A stretch of DNA of 64,000 nt from an uncultured Spirochaetota bacterium (lineage in GTDB: Bacteria > Spirochaetota > Spirochaetia > SZUA-6 > Fen-1364). Every line of letters begins with the position of its first letter. Positions within the stretch are counted from its first letter, which is position 1. The notes beneath the pieces were generated by a model. That model was given only the letters and a program-made list of their open reading frames with translations, had not been told where the DNA came from and made no database searches. Shown piece by piece: positions 28,777-38,514 of this stretch. Location of the stretch: contig CAWGAA010000003.1 of assembly GCA_963820525.1 (NCBI GenBank), forward strand, positions 608,001 to 672,000. The letters run 5' to 3'. A program made the translations under genes and the position numbers.

Positions 28777-29796
28777 TCAGATGTCAGCCTCCCCGAGATG
28801 GGGGATGATGAACTGCTCGAACATGGCCAGAAAGTCGGAATATCGCGACAGGAACTCGACGTAGGTCGGGTCCCCGGGCTGGGCGATGTAGCGGGTCTTC
28901 ATGAGGAGGTAGATCCGACTTGCGACGTAGCGCCTCATGGAGAGGGCCGCAAGGGAGTTGTAGCGGAGGTTGAGGTAGAGATTGCTCGTTTGGAGCTGAA
29001 GCGGGAAGACCACCTATTCCTCGTACTTCCTCGTCTCCTTCTGGCCCTTCTCCTTCACCATGGCGATCGCCTTTTGCCGCTCCTCGGCGAGGCGCTTGGA
29101 GTATTCCTGGAAATAGGTGTCGAAGTCGTTCACGCTCTTGATGTATGCCGTGAGCTGATCTATCAAGGCATTGATGGAGGCCACCGGGTCGGCCATCAGG
29201 GCGTCGAGCTTCTCCCCGTTCCACTTGCGGTAGTCGATCTGGTCCCGCTGGACCTTGAACTTGTCGCCGGGGGGCTGGCCGGGCTTCACCTCCACCCCTT
29301 CCCCTGCGGCAAGCTCAACGATCTTTCCCTCGGCCTCCACTTCCACGGCCCCCGAATCTACGGCAATGAGAGAGGAGCCGTCAGCACCGGCCAGGACCGT
29401 GAGCTCGGTGCCGCGCACGCCGGCGGCGCAGCTGGCGGTCTGGATCATGGGTTCCTGGCCCGTGAGCTTGTCATAGCGCATCTTGATGGAGCCAAGGGCA
29501 ACGGAGAGCACGCCCGTCTTGGCCCCGCCCCGCTCCCGCTCCATGAGGATGAAGACGGTGCCGGGGTTGATCTTCAGCGTAGCCCCTTTCTGGTCCAGCT
29601 CCACCTGGCCGTCGGCCCCGGTTTTCAGCGAATCTCCCGTGTTCAGGACATCGCCGATGGCAGCGTCCTGGGTGCGGCCGTTTTTGGCAAAGCGCACGCT
29701 CGCATCTCCTTCGGTGTACGTCACATCGGCGGGCACCGCGGAGAGGACCGTCGCGGCCGCGAAGAAAAAGGCGATGAGCGGGAGCGTCGTTCTCAT
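28777..29796 (-). pseudogene. FecR domain exported protein interrupted by an in-frame TAG
   Basis: GDSLKTGADG, AAGVRGT, VDSGAVEV (FecR); TAG at 29014-29016 followed in the same frame by 78 more codons. Confidence 0.7.
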
Positions 29797-29797
29797 A

Positions 29798-30256
29798 TCA
29801 GAAGGGCCCCTTGAACCCGTATATCTTCTTCGTCATCCACTCGTCTCCCGCGACCAGGAGGATCCGCTGCCCCGTGGAAGTCCTCATCTCCAGAAGGCGG
29901 GCGTTCTTTGAAACGTACTTGGAGAAGAAAGTCTTCACCTCCATCGAATTCGAGAACAGGCGGTAGCTGTCGGCAGACAAGGGAGATGCGCTTTCCATCT
30001 CCGTCTCGCCCACGCGGAATCCAGCCTTCACAAGACCCTGCCAGAATGTCGCCACATCCGCGGGCAGCGCCACGATTTCCCTGTCTACAAGGAAGGGACG
30101 AGCGCTCATCTGGGCAAGCTTCTCGGGATTGCCCGAGTTGATGAGGTCTGCGAAAAGCCGGATGCTGCCCTGGTCCTGGGAGCGCTGCAGGGAGGCGCAG
30201 GAGGCCAGGAGCGCCACGGCCAGAATCGGCACGATCCTTTTCACGAGTGGATTCAT
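29798..30256 (-). CDS. Hypothetical lipoprotein
   Basis: LLASC lipobox; abuts the FecR gene. Confidence 0.75.
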   Translation of the reverse strand: MNPLVKRIVPILAVALLASCASLQRSQDQGSIRLFADLINSGNPEKLAQMSARPFLVDREIVALPADVATFWQGLVKAGFRVGETEMESASPLSADSYRLFSNSMEVKTFFSKYVSKNARLLEMRTSTGQRILLVAGDEWMTKKIYGFKGPF

Positions 30257-30341
30257 TACGCCTAATGTAACCCCGGGCTGAAAGAATTCAATCCGCGGGA
30301 GGCAGCCCCCTCATACGCGCCGGCGCTGCCCTGCCCCACCT

Positions 30342-31325
30342 TTACCAGCGGTGATGAACGTCGCTCATGGCATGCTTTTCATAAATCGAGCGAACCTGGC
30401 GCATCACCGCGCCGGGGATCCGGGGGAAGCCGGAGGCGCGGCAGTTGTCCTCGACCTGGGCCGGTTTCTTGGCGCCGGGGATGGTGCAGGACACGGCATC
30501 ATGCATGAGGATCCAGCGCAGGGCGAACTGCGACATCGTCATCCCGTGGGGGATGATCCGCTTCAGCTCCTCGACGGCCCTCAGGCCCTTTTCGAAATCG
30601 ACCCCGGCGAAGGTCTCTCCCCGGTCGAAGGCCTGCCCCTTCCTGTTGAAAAGGCGGTGGTCGTCGCGGGCGAACTTGGTCTGGCGGTTCATCTTCCCCG
30701 TGAGCAGGCCGCTTGCCAACGGCACCCGCACGATGATGCCCACCTTCCGTGCCTTGGCTTCGCGGAAGAAGAGCTCGGCAGGTCTCTGGCGGAAGATGTT
30801 GAAGATGATCTGCACGGTCTCCACGCCGGGATACTCTATGGCCTTCAGCGCCTCCTCGACCTTCTCCACGCTCACCCCGTAATGCTTTACCTTCCCCGCT
30901 TTCACCAGCTGGTCCAGGCCTTCGAAGACCTCAGGGGTGTAGAAGACCTGGGCGGGGGGGCAGTGGAGCTGCAGGAGGTCGAGGGCCTCCATTTTGAGGT
31001 TCCTGAGGCTGTCCTCTACGAACCGCTTGATGGCGAGCGGCGTGTATTTCTCCGCAACATGGGGGGTCAGCTTCCGCCCTGCCTTTGTGGCGACATGGAT
31101 CTCCTCCGGCCTCTCCTTTCGAAGCCGGGCGATCAGCCTCTCGCTCTTGCCGTCTCCATACACGTCGGCAGTGTCGATGAAGTTCACGCCAAGGTCCACC
31201 GCCCTGTTGAGGGCGGCAAGAGATTCAGCATCGTCCACGGGACCCCAGGCTGATCCTATCGCCCAGGCGCCGAAGCTCACCTCGGACACCTTCATTCCCG
31301 TTCTTCCCAACATTCGATATTTCAT
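30342..31325 (-). CDS. Aldo/keto reductase
   Basis: LGRTGMKVS, IDTADVYG, ATK, LLQLH, PLASGLL, IPGAK. Confidence 0.92.
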   Translation of the reverse strand: MKYRMLGRTGMKVSEVSFGAWAIGSAWGPVDDAESLAALNRAVDLGVNFIDTADVYGDGKSERLIARLRKERPEEIHVATKAGRKLTPHVAEKYTPLAIKRFVEDSLRNLKMEALDLLQLHCPPAQVFYTPEVFEGLDQLVKAGKVKHYGVSVEKVEEALKAIEYPGVETVQIIFNIFRQRPAELFFREAKARKVGIIVRVPLASGLLTGKMNRQTKFARDDHRLFNRKGQAFDRGETFAGVDFEKGLRAVEELKRIIPHGMTMSQFALRWILMHDAVSCTIPGAKKPAQVEDNCRASGFPRIPGAVMRQVRSIYEKHAMSDVHHRW

Positions 31326-31372
31326 GGTTTCCTCCCACGCATCGACTATCTCTCGTTCGATGGTAGTGAATT

Positions 31373-32356
31373 TCAGCCCGGGGGGCAATCGGGCGCGTAT
31401 GTTCCGAACTGGATGGATGCGAGCGCCGCGGCGTCAAAGGGCGGGCAGCGCACGCTCAGGCTGCCCCGGCCTATGCGGACCTCCTCCAGAATCCCCACGG
31501 CGAGAGAAAACCCGGCCGCGTCGCACAGCGAGATGAGGGTGCCGCGGTATGTCTCGGGCCGGGAGAAGTCCGGGATGAAGCCGTGAAGCCCGATCCCTAT
31601 GAGGTGGACCTCCCTCGTGGAAGCCTGGGCGAGATAGGACGAAAAGCGTTCCCGGCGGTAGTCCTTGCGCTCCTCGAGGCTCCGCACCCGCCGCTCGGGC
31701 AGGGGCAGGACGAACGAGACGCGGACCTGCGCCGACCTCGCGAAGTTTCGCGTCATCCGCTCGATGTCCCTGCTTCCCCGGAAGGCCACAAGGTGAGATG
31801 GCTGAAGCATCGCCACGGCCTGGTACTGGAACTCCCGCGCCGCCTTGCCGATCGAATACCCGCTTGAGTCGCAGACGATCCAGCGAGCCCCCAATCGCCC
31901 TGCCTCCAGCACCAGGGCGCTCATCCCCACGAGGAGCTGCAGGAAATGGCCCACCGGCGATACTCCGCCGACGAACCGAAGCCTGACCGTCTGCGGCTGC
32001 TCTCCGAGCCGCTCGTGAAGCACAAGCCCGATGGTAGTGGGAGGGCCCACGCTCGACTGCCCGGGGTCGCAATCGACATAGGCCACCGGGCCGGGCGCTC
32101 CCGCGCCTCCATTCGGGTCTGTCCCGCCGCCGCCCTCCCCGCCGCAGTCCGCGGGGTCACCGCTTGCGGCTGAAGCGCCCGCCGGATCATCCCCCCGTGC
32201 GCCTCGCCCCGCCAGAAGCCCGTTTACCAGGAATCGGCAGAGAGTGGTCTTGCCGCAATCGGGCTCACCGGCCACGTATACGATGCGCGGGATCTCGCCG
32301 GTCGTCTCCCCGAGCGCAGCGAGCAGCTCCTCACGCCCCAGGCTCGCCTCTTCCAT
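31373..32356 (-). CDS. Clp1-like polynucleotide 5'-hydroxyl kinase
   Basis: P-loop GEPDCGKTT, DCDPGQSSVGPPTTI, DSSG, RSLEERKDYR. Confidence 0.8.
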   Translation of the reverse strand: MEEASLGREELLAALGETTGEIPRIVYVAGEPDCGKTTLCRFLVNGLLAGRGARGDDPAGASAASGDPADCGGEGGGGTDPNGGAGAPGPVAYVDCDPGQSSVGPPTTIGLVLHERLGEQPQTVRLRFVGGVSPVGHFLQLLVGMSALVLEAGRLGARWIVCDSSGYSIGKAAREFQYQAVAMLQPSHLVAFRGSRDIERMTRNFARSAQVRVSFVLPLPERRVRSLEERKDYRRERFSSYLAQASTREVHLIGIGLHGFIPDFSRPETYRGTLISLCDAAGFSLAVGILEEVRIGRGSLSVRCPPFDAAALASIQFGTYAPDCPPG

Positions 32357-32428
32357 CTCCAGCTCCCGTGCCAGTATAGCATCGCCCATGATCCTTGACA
32401 CCGGCCGGCGGGGATGTACCTTTCCCTC

Positions 32429-33385
32429 ATGAAGATCGTCGTCCTCGATGGGGCAACGGTGAACCCGGGAGACAATCCCTGGGACGAGGTGACCGCGCTG
32501 GGAGCGCTCGATGTGTATCCCCGGACCGCCCCTCCGCTGACCGTGGAGAGGGCCGCGCCGGCCGACATTCTCCTGACCAACAAGACGGCCCTCACGGAGC
32601 ATATCATCTCCCGCCTGCCCCGCTTGAAGCTGATCTGCGTCCTGGCAACCGGCTACAATGTAATCGATACGGCCGCGGCGCGGCTGCGGAGCGTTCCCGT
32701 GTGCAATGTTCCCGAGTACAGCACGGACTCCGTTGCGCAGCACGTGTTCGCGCTGCTGCTCGAGCTGGCCGGCCGCATCTGCCTGTATGATAAGGCCGTG
32801 AAGGACGGCGAGTGGAGCGCCGGCCTCGATTTCTCCCTCTGCAAGAGCCCGCCGGTCGAGCTTTCGGGGAAAACCATGGGAATCGTCGGGTTCGGCCGCA
32901 TCGGCCGCCGCGTGGGAGAGATCGCCCACGCCATGGGCATGGATGTCATCGCCTCCAGCCGCTCGCGGGGAGCGTCCCCGGGATACTCCCCCTTTGGCTG
33001 GGTGTCCACGGAAGAGCTTTTCCGCCGGGCGGATGTGGTCAGCCTCAACTGCGCTCTCACCCGGGAGAACGCGCGGTTCGTGAACGCGGCCCTGCTGTCA
33101 ACCATGAAGCCCGGCGCCTTCATCATCAACACAGCCCGAGGAGGGCTCATCGCGGAGGACGATCTGGCGCGGGCCCTTTCCCGGGGCGCGATAGCGGGGG
33201 CCGGGCTCGACGTTGCCGCTGAGGAGCCCATTCCGGCCGGCAATCCCCTGCTCTCGGCGCTCAACTGCGTGATGACTCCGCACATCGCGTGGGCGAGCCT
33301 TGAATCGCGGCGGAGGCTGATGCACGAAACGGCGGCGAATATCGCGGCGTTTCTTTCGGGCAAGCCGCGAAACGTGGTGAACTGA
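32429..33385 (+). CDS. D-2-hydroxyacid (glycerate) dehydrogenase
   Basis: MKIVVLDG..VNPGD, GIVGFGRIG, INTARG, TPHIAW. Confidence 0.9.
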   Translation: MKIVVLDGATVNPGDNPWDEVTALGALDVYPRTAPPLTVERAAPADILLTNKTALTEHIISRLPRLKLICVLATGYNVIDTAAARLRSVPVCNVPEYSTDSVAQHVFALLLELAGRICLYDKAVKDGEWSAGLDFSLCKSPPVELSGKTMGIVGFGRIGRRVGEIAHAMGMDVIASSRSRGASPGYSPFGWVSTEELFRRADVVSLNCALTRENARFVNAALLSTMKPGAFIINTARGGLIAEDDLARALSRGAIAGAGLDVAAEEPIPAGNPLLSALNCVMTPHIAWASLESRRRLMHETAANIAAFLSGKPRNVVN

Positions 33386-33427
33386 AAAATCGATCGGGCC
33401 TCCCGGGCGGGGGCGATGGGACCGCGT

Positions 33428-33826
33428 TTATCTCTTAGCCTGCGGCTCCTCGAGGGAAGCCTGGAGCACATCGACGAGCTTCTGGATGGTCTCTTGCGGA
33501 AGCGAATCGAGCCGTGCCTCGAGCTCCTGCACGAGGCCTTGAAGCTCTTCCGTGCTCTTTCTCACCTCGGAAGTCTCCTTTGCCGTCTCCGCGGCCTGCT
33601 CCACGGCAGCGGCCGCCTGGTCCTTGAAGTCCTGAATCTCCTTCACTTCCTGGGAGACCCGCTCCAAATCGGCCCGCTGCTTCTCGAGCGTGCTCTGCAC
33701 CTTTTCATCCTGCTCGGCAAACCTCTTGTCCACGGAGTCCGCTGTTGCAAGACCAAGAAAACCTGTGCTGGCGCACCCGCAGAGCCCAATCGCGATGGCG
33801 AGAGCCAGGGCGGGAAGTTTCTTCAT
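33428..33826 (-). CDS. Coiled-coil lipoprotein
   Basis: LCGC lipobox; heptad-rich body. Confidence 0.7.
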   Translation of the reverse strand: MKKLPALALAIAIGLCGCASTGFLGLATADSVDKRFAEQDEKVQSTLEKQRADLERVSQEVKEIQDFKDQAAAAVEQAAETAKETSEVRKSTEELQGLVQELEARLDSLPQETIQKLVDVLQASLEEPQAKR

Positions 33827-33910
33827 GAATGCCTCCTCTATCACCCCTTAAACAGCGCGGAAGCTTCAAAATGTTCCTTTGCCGAGGACCACCCCCCTCC
33901 TGAGGGGTAC

Positions 33911-33938
33911 TTGCATTTCAGCACGGAAGGTATACAAT
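33911..33938 (+). promoter_or_regulatory. Putative sigma70 promoter for the GH3 gene
   Basis: TTGCAT-N16-TACAAT. Confidence 0.5.
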
Positions 33939-33996
33939 AATCGCGGCAAATGGATCTCCGCCGGGTCGCGCATCCCCTCTTCCGAAAGGAGCCTGT

Positions 33997-35817
33997 ATGT
34001 CACGCATTGCGTGGATAGCCCGAGTTACGACCTTTGCCCTGGCGGCGCTTCTCACTGCAGGATGCATGAGCGTGGCGCCCGCAGCCGCGGAGGTGTACAA
34101 GGACCCCAGAGCGAAGAGAGAAGATCGCGTGGCGGATCTCCTCTCCCGCATGACCCTGGAGGAGAAGATAGGCCAGATGACCCAGGTGGCCCGAGACTAC
34201 GTCGCAAATCCTTCCGATATAGCCGTCTACGGCTTCGGCTCGATACTTTCCGGCGGCGGCTCCGGCCCTGCCAACAATACGCCGAAGGACTGGGCCGACA
34301 TGATCGACGGCTACCAGCGCATCGCCCTCGGCTCACGCCTCGGCATCCCCATGCTCTATGGCGTGGATGCGGTTCACGGCAACAACAATGTGCGGGGCGC
34401 CGTCATATTCCCCCACAACATCGGCCTGGGCGCCACCCGGGATCCCGATATCGTGCGTCAGGCGGCCCGCATAACGGCATTCGAGATGGTGGCCACGGGC
34501 GCGCGCTGGGACTTCGCACCCTGCGTCACCGTTCCCCAGGATGCGCGATGGGGCAGGACCTACGAGGGCTTCGGATCCGACCCCGATTTGGTTTCCCGGC
34601 TCGCAGCTGCGGCTATCGCCGGCTACCAGGCTGGAGGACTTGCGGCGCCCGGCACGGTCCTGGCCACGGCCAAGCACTTTGTCGCGGATGGCGGCACCGA
34701 GGGGGGAGTTGACCGGGGAAACGCGCGGATCACCGACGAGATCCTTCGCGCGGTCCACCTGAAGCCGTATATCGACGCGATCGCCTCGGGGGCGGAGTCC
34801 GTCATGGCATCCTACAGCTCGATAAACGGTGTGAAGAACCACGCGAACCGCGATCTCCTTACCGGAGTCCTGCGCAAGGAGCTGGGCTTCTCCGGCTTCG
34901 TCGTCTCCGACTGGGCCGCCGCCAAGGAGCTTCCCGGCTCTCCGCGGGAGCAGGTCAAGACGGCCGTCAATGCCGGGGTTGACATGTTCATGCTCCCCGA
35001 CTGCTACACGGAGTTCAGCGCGGAGATGCTCGACCTTGTGAACACGGGGGAGGTGAGCGGGTCCCGCGTGGACGAGGCCGTGCGGCGGATTCTTTCCGTG
35101 AAGTTTCAGATGGGCCTCTTCGAGAAGCCCTTCGCGGATCGTTCGCTCCTGGCTTCCGTCGGATCACCGGAGCACCGCGCCATTGCGCGCCGGGCGGTCC
35201 GCGAGTCACTCGTTCTTTTGAAGAACGAGGGGAGAGTCCTTCCCATCGGGCCGAAAGTGAAGCGCATCCTGGTCACCGGCTCCCTGGCCGACGATCTTGG
35301 AGGCCAATGCGGCGGGTGGACCATCACGTGGCAGGGAGGATCGGGGCCCGTCACGAAGGGGACCACGATCCTGGACGGCATCAGGGAAGTGGCGGGAAGG
35401 GACGTGACGGTGCTCGGCTCGCCGGACGGAAGACTTCCTGCCGGCCAGAAGGCGGTTGACCTCGTCCTGGTCGTGGTGGGAGAGAGACCGTACGCGGAGA
35501 CCAAAGGGGACTCGTGCGATCTTGCGCTCTCCTCCACGGACAAGGCGGCCCTTCAGGCGGCGCGATCCAACGGAGCGCCGGTTGTCCTTCTCATCGTATC
35601 GGGAAGACCTCTTATCGTAACCTCGGAGCTGGCGGAAGTGGATGCCTTGGTGGCAGCGTGGCTTCCCGGCACCGAAGGAGGGGGCGTGGCTGATGTGCTC
35701 TTCGGCAGGGAGCCTTTCCGCGGCAAGCTTCCGGTGCCATGGCCGAAAGAAGTCACGTCCATCCCCGACGGCTTGGGTGAGCCGTTGTTCCCGTTCGGCG
35801 CCGGCCTCGCGCGCTGA
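33997..35817 (+). CDS. Glycoside hydrolase family 3 beta-glucosidase (lipoprotein)
   Basis: MTLEEKIGQM, DAVHG, RWGRTYEG, KHF, GFVVSDW, AWLPGTEG; LTAGC lipobox. Confidence 0.92.
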   Translation: MSRIAWIARVTTFALAALLTAGCMSVAPAAAEVYKDPRAKREDRVADLLSRMTLEEKIGQMTQVARDYVANPSDIAVYGFGSILSGGGSGPANNTPKDWADMIDGYQRIALGSRLGIPMLYGVDAVHGNNNVRGAVIFPHNIGLGATRDPDIVRQAARITAFEMVATGARWDFAPCVTVPQDARWGRTYEGFGSDPDLVSRLAAAAIAGYQAGGLAAPGTVLATAKHFVADGGTEGGVDRGNARITDEILRAVHLKPYIDAIASGAESVMASYSSINGVKNHANRDLLTGVLRKELGFSGFVVSDWAAAKELPGSPREQVKTAVNAGVDMFMLPDCYTEFSAEMLDLVNTGEVSGSRVDEAVRRILSVKFQMGLFEKPFADRSLLASVGSPEHRAIARRAVRESLVLLKNEGRVLPIGPKVKRILVTGSLADDLGGQCGGWTITWQGGSGPVTKGTTILDGIREVAGRDVTVLGSPDGRLPAGQKAVDLVLVVVGERPYAETKGDSCDLALSSTDKAALQAARSNGAPVVLLIVSGRPLIVTSELAEVDALVAAWLPGTEGGGVADVLFGREPFRGKLPVPWPKEVTSIPDGLGEPLFPFGAGLAR

Positions 35818-36011
35818 AAAAACGGCCCCTCTGACGGTTCCTTAAAGCTCGAATCTCTCCATTCTCCTGTCATCGGTATTCGACAATTCGCTTCCCAAAA
35901 TATGACAGAGTTTTCATCGCGCGCATGACTTCAGCCGGCGACCGAGGCCTGTATACTGAGATTCAGTTCAGTTCCATTGTCCGATGGTTTTGTGAAAGAG
36001 AGGAGCTGAGA

Positions 36012-36275
36012 ATGGCCGAGAAGGTGGTCGATTGCGCCTGGAAGGTCTGGAAAGCCCTCGGGGAGATGGGCAAGCTCAACCTCTGGGAAGTACGGGCTTT
36101 TCTCGGCGAGCCTCGGGATTTCACATGCGAAGTCCTGATGTGGCTTGCGGCCAGGGGAAAGATCGCCTACTGGCCGGCGGACGATCAGCTTTTCGTGACG
36201 CTCACTGAAAAGGAGCGCGAAGCATTCACCGCGGCGGCGGTGGAGCTCGAGCCCCCCGCTTTCGCGGCTGGTTGA
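36012..36275 (+). CDS. Small winged-helix protein (DUF2582-like)
   Basis: AWKVWKAL...LMWLAARGKI; AGGAG RBS. Confidence 0.6.
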   Translation: MAEKVVDCAWKVWKALGEMGKLNLWEVRAFLGEPRDFTCEVLMWLAARGKIAYWPADDQLFVTLTEKEREAFTAAAVELEPPAFAAG

Positions 36276-36277
36276 AA

Positions 36278-37300
36278 ATGAGCACCGCGCAGACCCGATA
36301 CAGGAGATTGACCTCGTCAGCCGAGCGCCGGACATCCGCGCGAGGAGCCCTCAAGAGCGCTTCTCTTTTGCGCGAGCCCGTCACCCGGAGCATCGAGGTC
36401 GGCCTGATCCCCGAGCTGGCCTGCATGGCCCGCTTCCTCGGCAGGGCCCCGCACAACAAGCCGGTGAGCGATATCCGCCGCCGCCTGGCTGCCGCTCTGG
36501 ACGCGGTTGAAGCCCTGATCGTCGAGGGAGCCATCCAGCCATGGCGCCGCGTTCGGCTCTCCGCCGAAGATGCCCAACAGCCGATCTCGCTTCGGCCGCT
36601 GCGCCTCGGCGTGTACCCTCTTTCCGCGAATCCAATCCACTGGGGGCACGTGCTGGCGGGATTGAGCGCCATGGTGCACGGAAGGCTGGACAAGGTCGTG
36701 TACATCGTCACGACTGAGGAAGGCAGGGCGGACATGCTTCCGGAAGAGTCCCGCCATGAAGCGGCGCGGGAGCTTCTCAAGAGCTTCGAGCCCTTGCTCT
36801 GCTACTCCCCCATCGCGCGCGAGACCTCATCCGACGGAGAATCCAGCGTGTTTCACATCCTGGATCTCAATCCGATGACGAGGATCGATGCATTCTTCCT
36901 GGCCGGCGCAAAGAAGTGCCGGAGGAGAAACTCCATCACGGGAGAGCCCGAGACCATCGAGAAGCTGGAGAACGGCGTCCTTCGCCGGATCTACGCCAGA
37001 CGGAACAACGACGGCGAGATGCATTCACTTTCGCTCCTCTTCCTCCAGGGACAGGAAGGATTCGTCGCTCCCCAGACCTTCATTCCGTTGCGTTTCATCC
37101 CCTCGCCGATGCCGGATGCATGCTCGCGGGAGATTCTCCACGCCCTTTCAAAGAAGCGCGACCCCGAGGTCCTCTCCGCCCTCCCCTTCTCGGTATTCCA
37201 CCATATGCAGGAGGCCGTGAGGGCGGGGAAAATGAATGAGTTAAAATCGAGAGCCAAGGAAACAGTGGTCTCGATTCATGAAAAAGTGGCGCAGATTTAA
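36278..37300 (+). CDS. HIGH-motif nucleotidyltransferase (NadD-like, divergent)
   Basis: RLGVYPLSANPIHWGH resembles G(T/S)FxPxHxGH; about 100-aa N-terminal extension. Confidence 0.55.
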   Translation: MSTAQTRYRRLTSSAERRTSARGALKSASLLREPVTRSIEVGLIPELACMARFLGRAPHNKPVSDIRRRLAAALDAVEALIVEGAIQPWRRVRLSAEDAQQPISLRPLRLGVYPLSANPIHWGHVLAGLSAMVHGRLDKVVYIVTTEEGRADMLPEESRHEAARELLKSFEPLLCYSPIARETSSDGESSVFHILDLNPMTRIDAFFLAGAKKCRRRNSITGEPETIEKLENGVLRRIYARRNNDGEMHSLSLLFLQGQEGFVAPQTFIPLRFIPSPMPDACSREILHALSKKRDPEVLSALPFSVFHHMQEAVRAGKMNELKSRAKETVVSIHEKVAQI

Positions 37301-37329
37301 AAAGTGGCAAGCCCTTCCTCCTTCTAACC

Positions 37330-37380
37330 GGCGCGGCTTTCGGAGGCCGGATACCTCCGGAGTGCTGCGCCGCTTTTTTT
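37330..37380 (+). terminator. Rho-independent terminator
   Basis: GGCGCGGC-TTTCGGAGG...CCTCCGGAG-T-GCTGCGCC hairpin followed by a T7 run. Confidence 0.7.
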
Positions 37381-37412
37381 CGCCGGTAAGGGATTCTCTG
37401 AAAGGAGAGAGC

Positions 37413-38423
37413 ATGAAAAGTACGGGACGAACAAGCCTTTCACTCACGCTTGCCCTGGCATTCTCCTCCGCCCTTGCGGCGGCGCCGTCGTATGCCCAAG
37501 GGGTGACGTTCTCCGCCAGGAGCGGGACCGGAATGCTCTATGGGCTGGCCAAGGAAATCGTCTACTACAAGGGCTTCACGGAGAGCGAGCTCGACTGGGC
37601 CATCCAGCCCGTGTTTTTCGCGGAGATGGAGCTCGAGCTGAAGGCCTTCGGAGGGCTTCTGGCGACATTGAGCTTCCGCAACGGGTTTCCGGGGCAGAGC
37701 GGCTTCATCACGGACTCGGATTGGCTCAACTATGCGTTCAATGGGGATACGAGCAAGACCAACTTTTCCCAGCACAACTGCTTCACGGAGCGCGCAATTC
37801 TTGTGGACGCGCGGGTGGGCTGGGAGTTCGCGCTCGCGGACGGGTTGGCCCTTGAGCCGTTCGGCGCCTTCGGGCTCATGTCCTTCCAGTGGACGGCCCG
37901 CGACGGCTACCTGCAGTATCCGGCGGGATGGTTTTCCGGAACACCACCCTCCCAGCCTTATCCGGCGTGGTCCCCGTCGGACCCGAAGGTCCCCGTCTAT
38001 GGGATGGGCATCGACTATTGGCAGACGTACCTCTTCCCAGCGGCCGGAATCAGGGCCACCCTCCAGTTCGCGCGGATCTGGACCATAGCCGTCTCCGTCT
38101 CCGGATCTCCCTTTCTCTGGTGCTTCGACATCGACAACCATGATTTCCGCGGCCTGAGCTTCACCGAGAACATGACGGGGGGATGGCTCATCGAGCCCGA
38201 GATCACGGTTGAGCTGCGTTTTTCAGAGCGCGCCACGGCGTCACTCGAGGCGAACTACAGGCACATCTCCGGGCTCCTCGGAGACTCCACCCAGACGGTC
38301 ATGGGGGCCGACTATCCCGGCGCACCGTCCCCCGTTCCCGGCACGACCATCACGTTTCCCGACACGGCGGGCGTCTCCTACGACACTCTCTCCATCTCGC
38401 TCAATTTCTCCCTGACGCTGTAA
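37413..38423 (+). CDS. Omptin family outer membrane protease
   Basis: Signal peptide, KEIVY..SELDW, DSDW, SQH, DNH; beta-strand pattern with C-terminal LNFSLTL. Confidence 0.7.
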   Translation: MKSTGRTSLSLTLALAFSSALAAAPSYAQGVTFSARSGTGMLYGLAKEIVYYKGFTESELDWAIQPVFFAEMELELKAFGGLLATLSFRNGFPGQSGFITDSDWLNYAFNGDTSKTNFSQHNCFTERAILVDARVGWEFALADGLALEPFGAFGLMSFQWTARDGYLQYPAGWFSGTPPSQPYPAWSPSDPKVPVYGMGIDYWQTYLFPAAGIRATLQFARIWTIAVSVSGSPFLWCFDIDNHDFRGLSFTENMTGGWLIEPEITVELRFSERATASLEANYRHISGLLGDSTQTVMGADYPGAPSPVPGTTITFPDTAGVSYDTLSISLNFSLTL

Positions 38424-38514
38424 GGCTCCGGGGGGCGCCTTCCGCGGCGCTCCCCAATTCGCCTCTGCCGATTGCGCCCCCATGAGCGGTGACGCTATAC
38501 TGTCGGCTGACCCG

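Noticed and set aside
35868..35907. CTGTCAT...ATGACAG inverted repeat upstream of the winged-helix gene
   Set aside because: Seven-bp arms with a long spacer; too weak to call an operator
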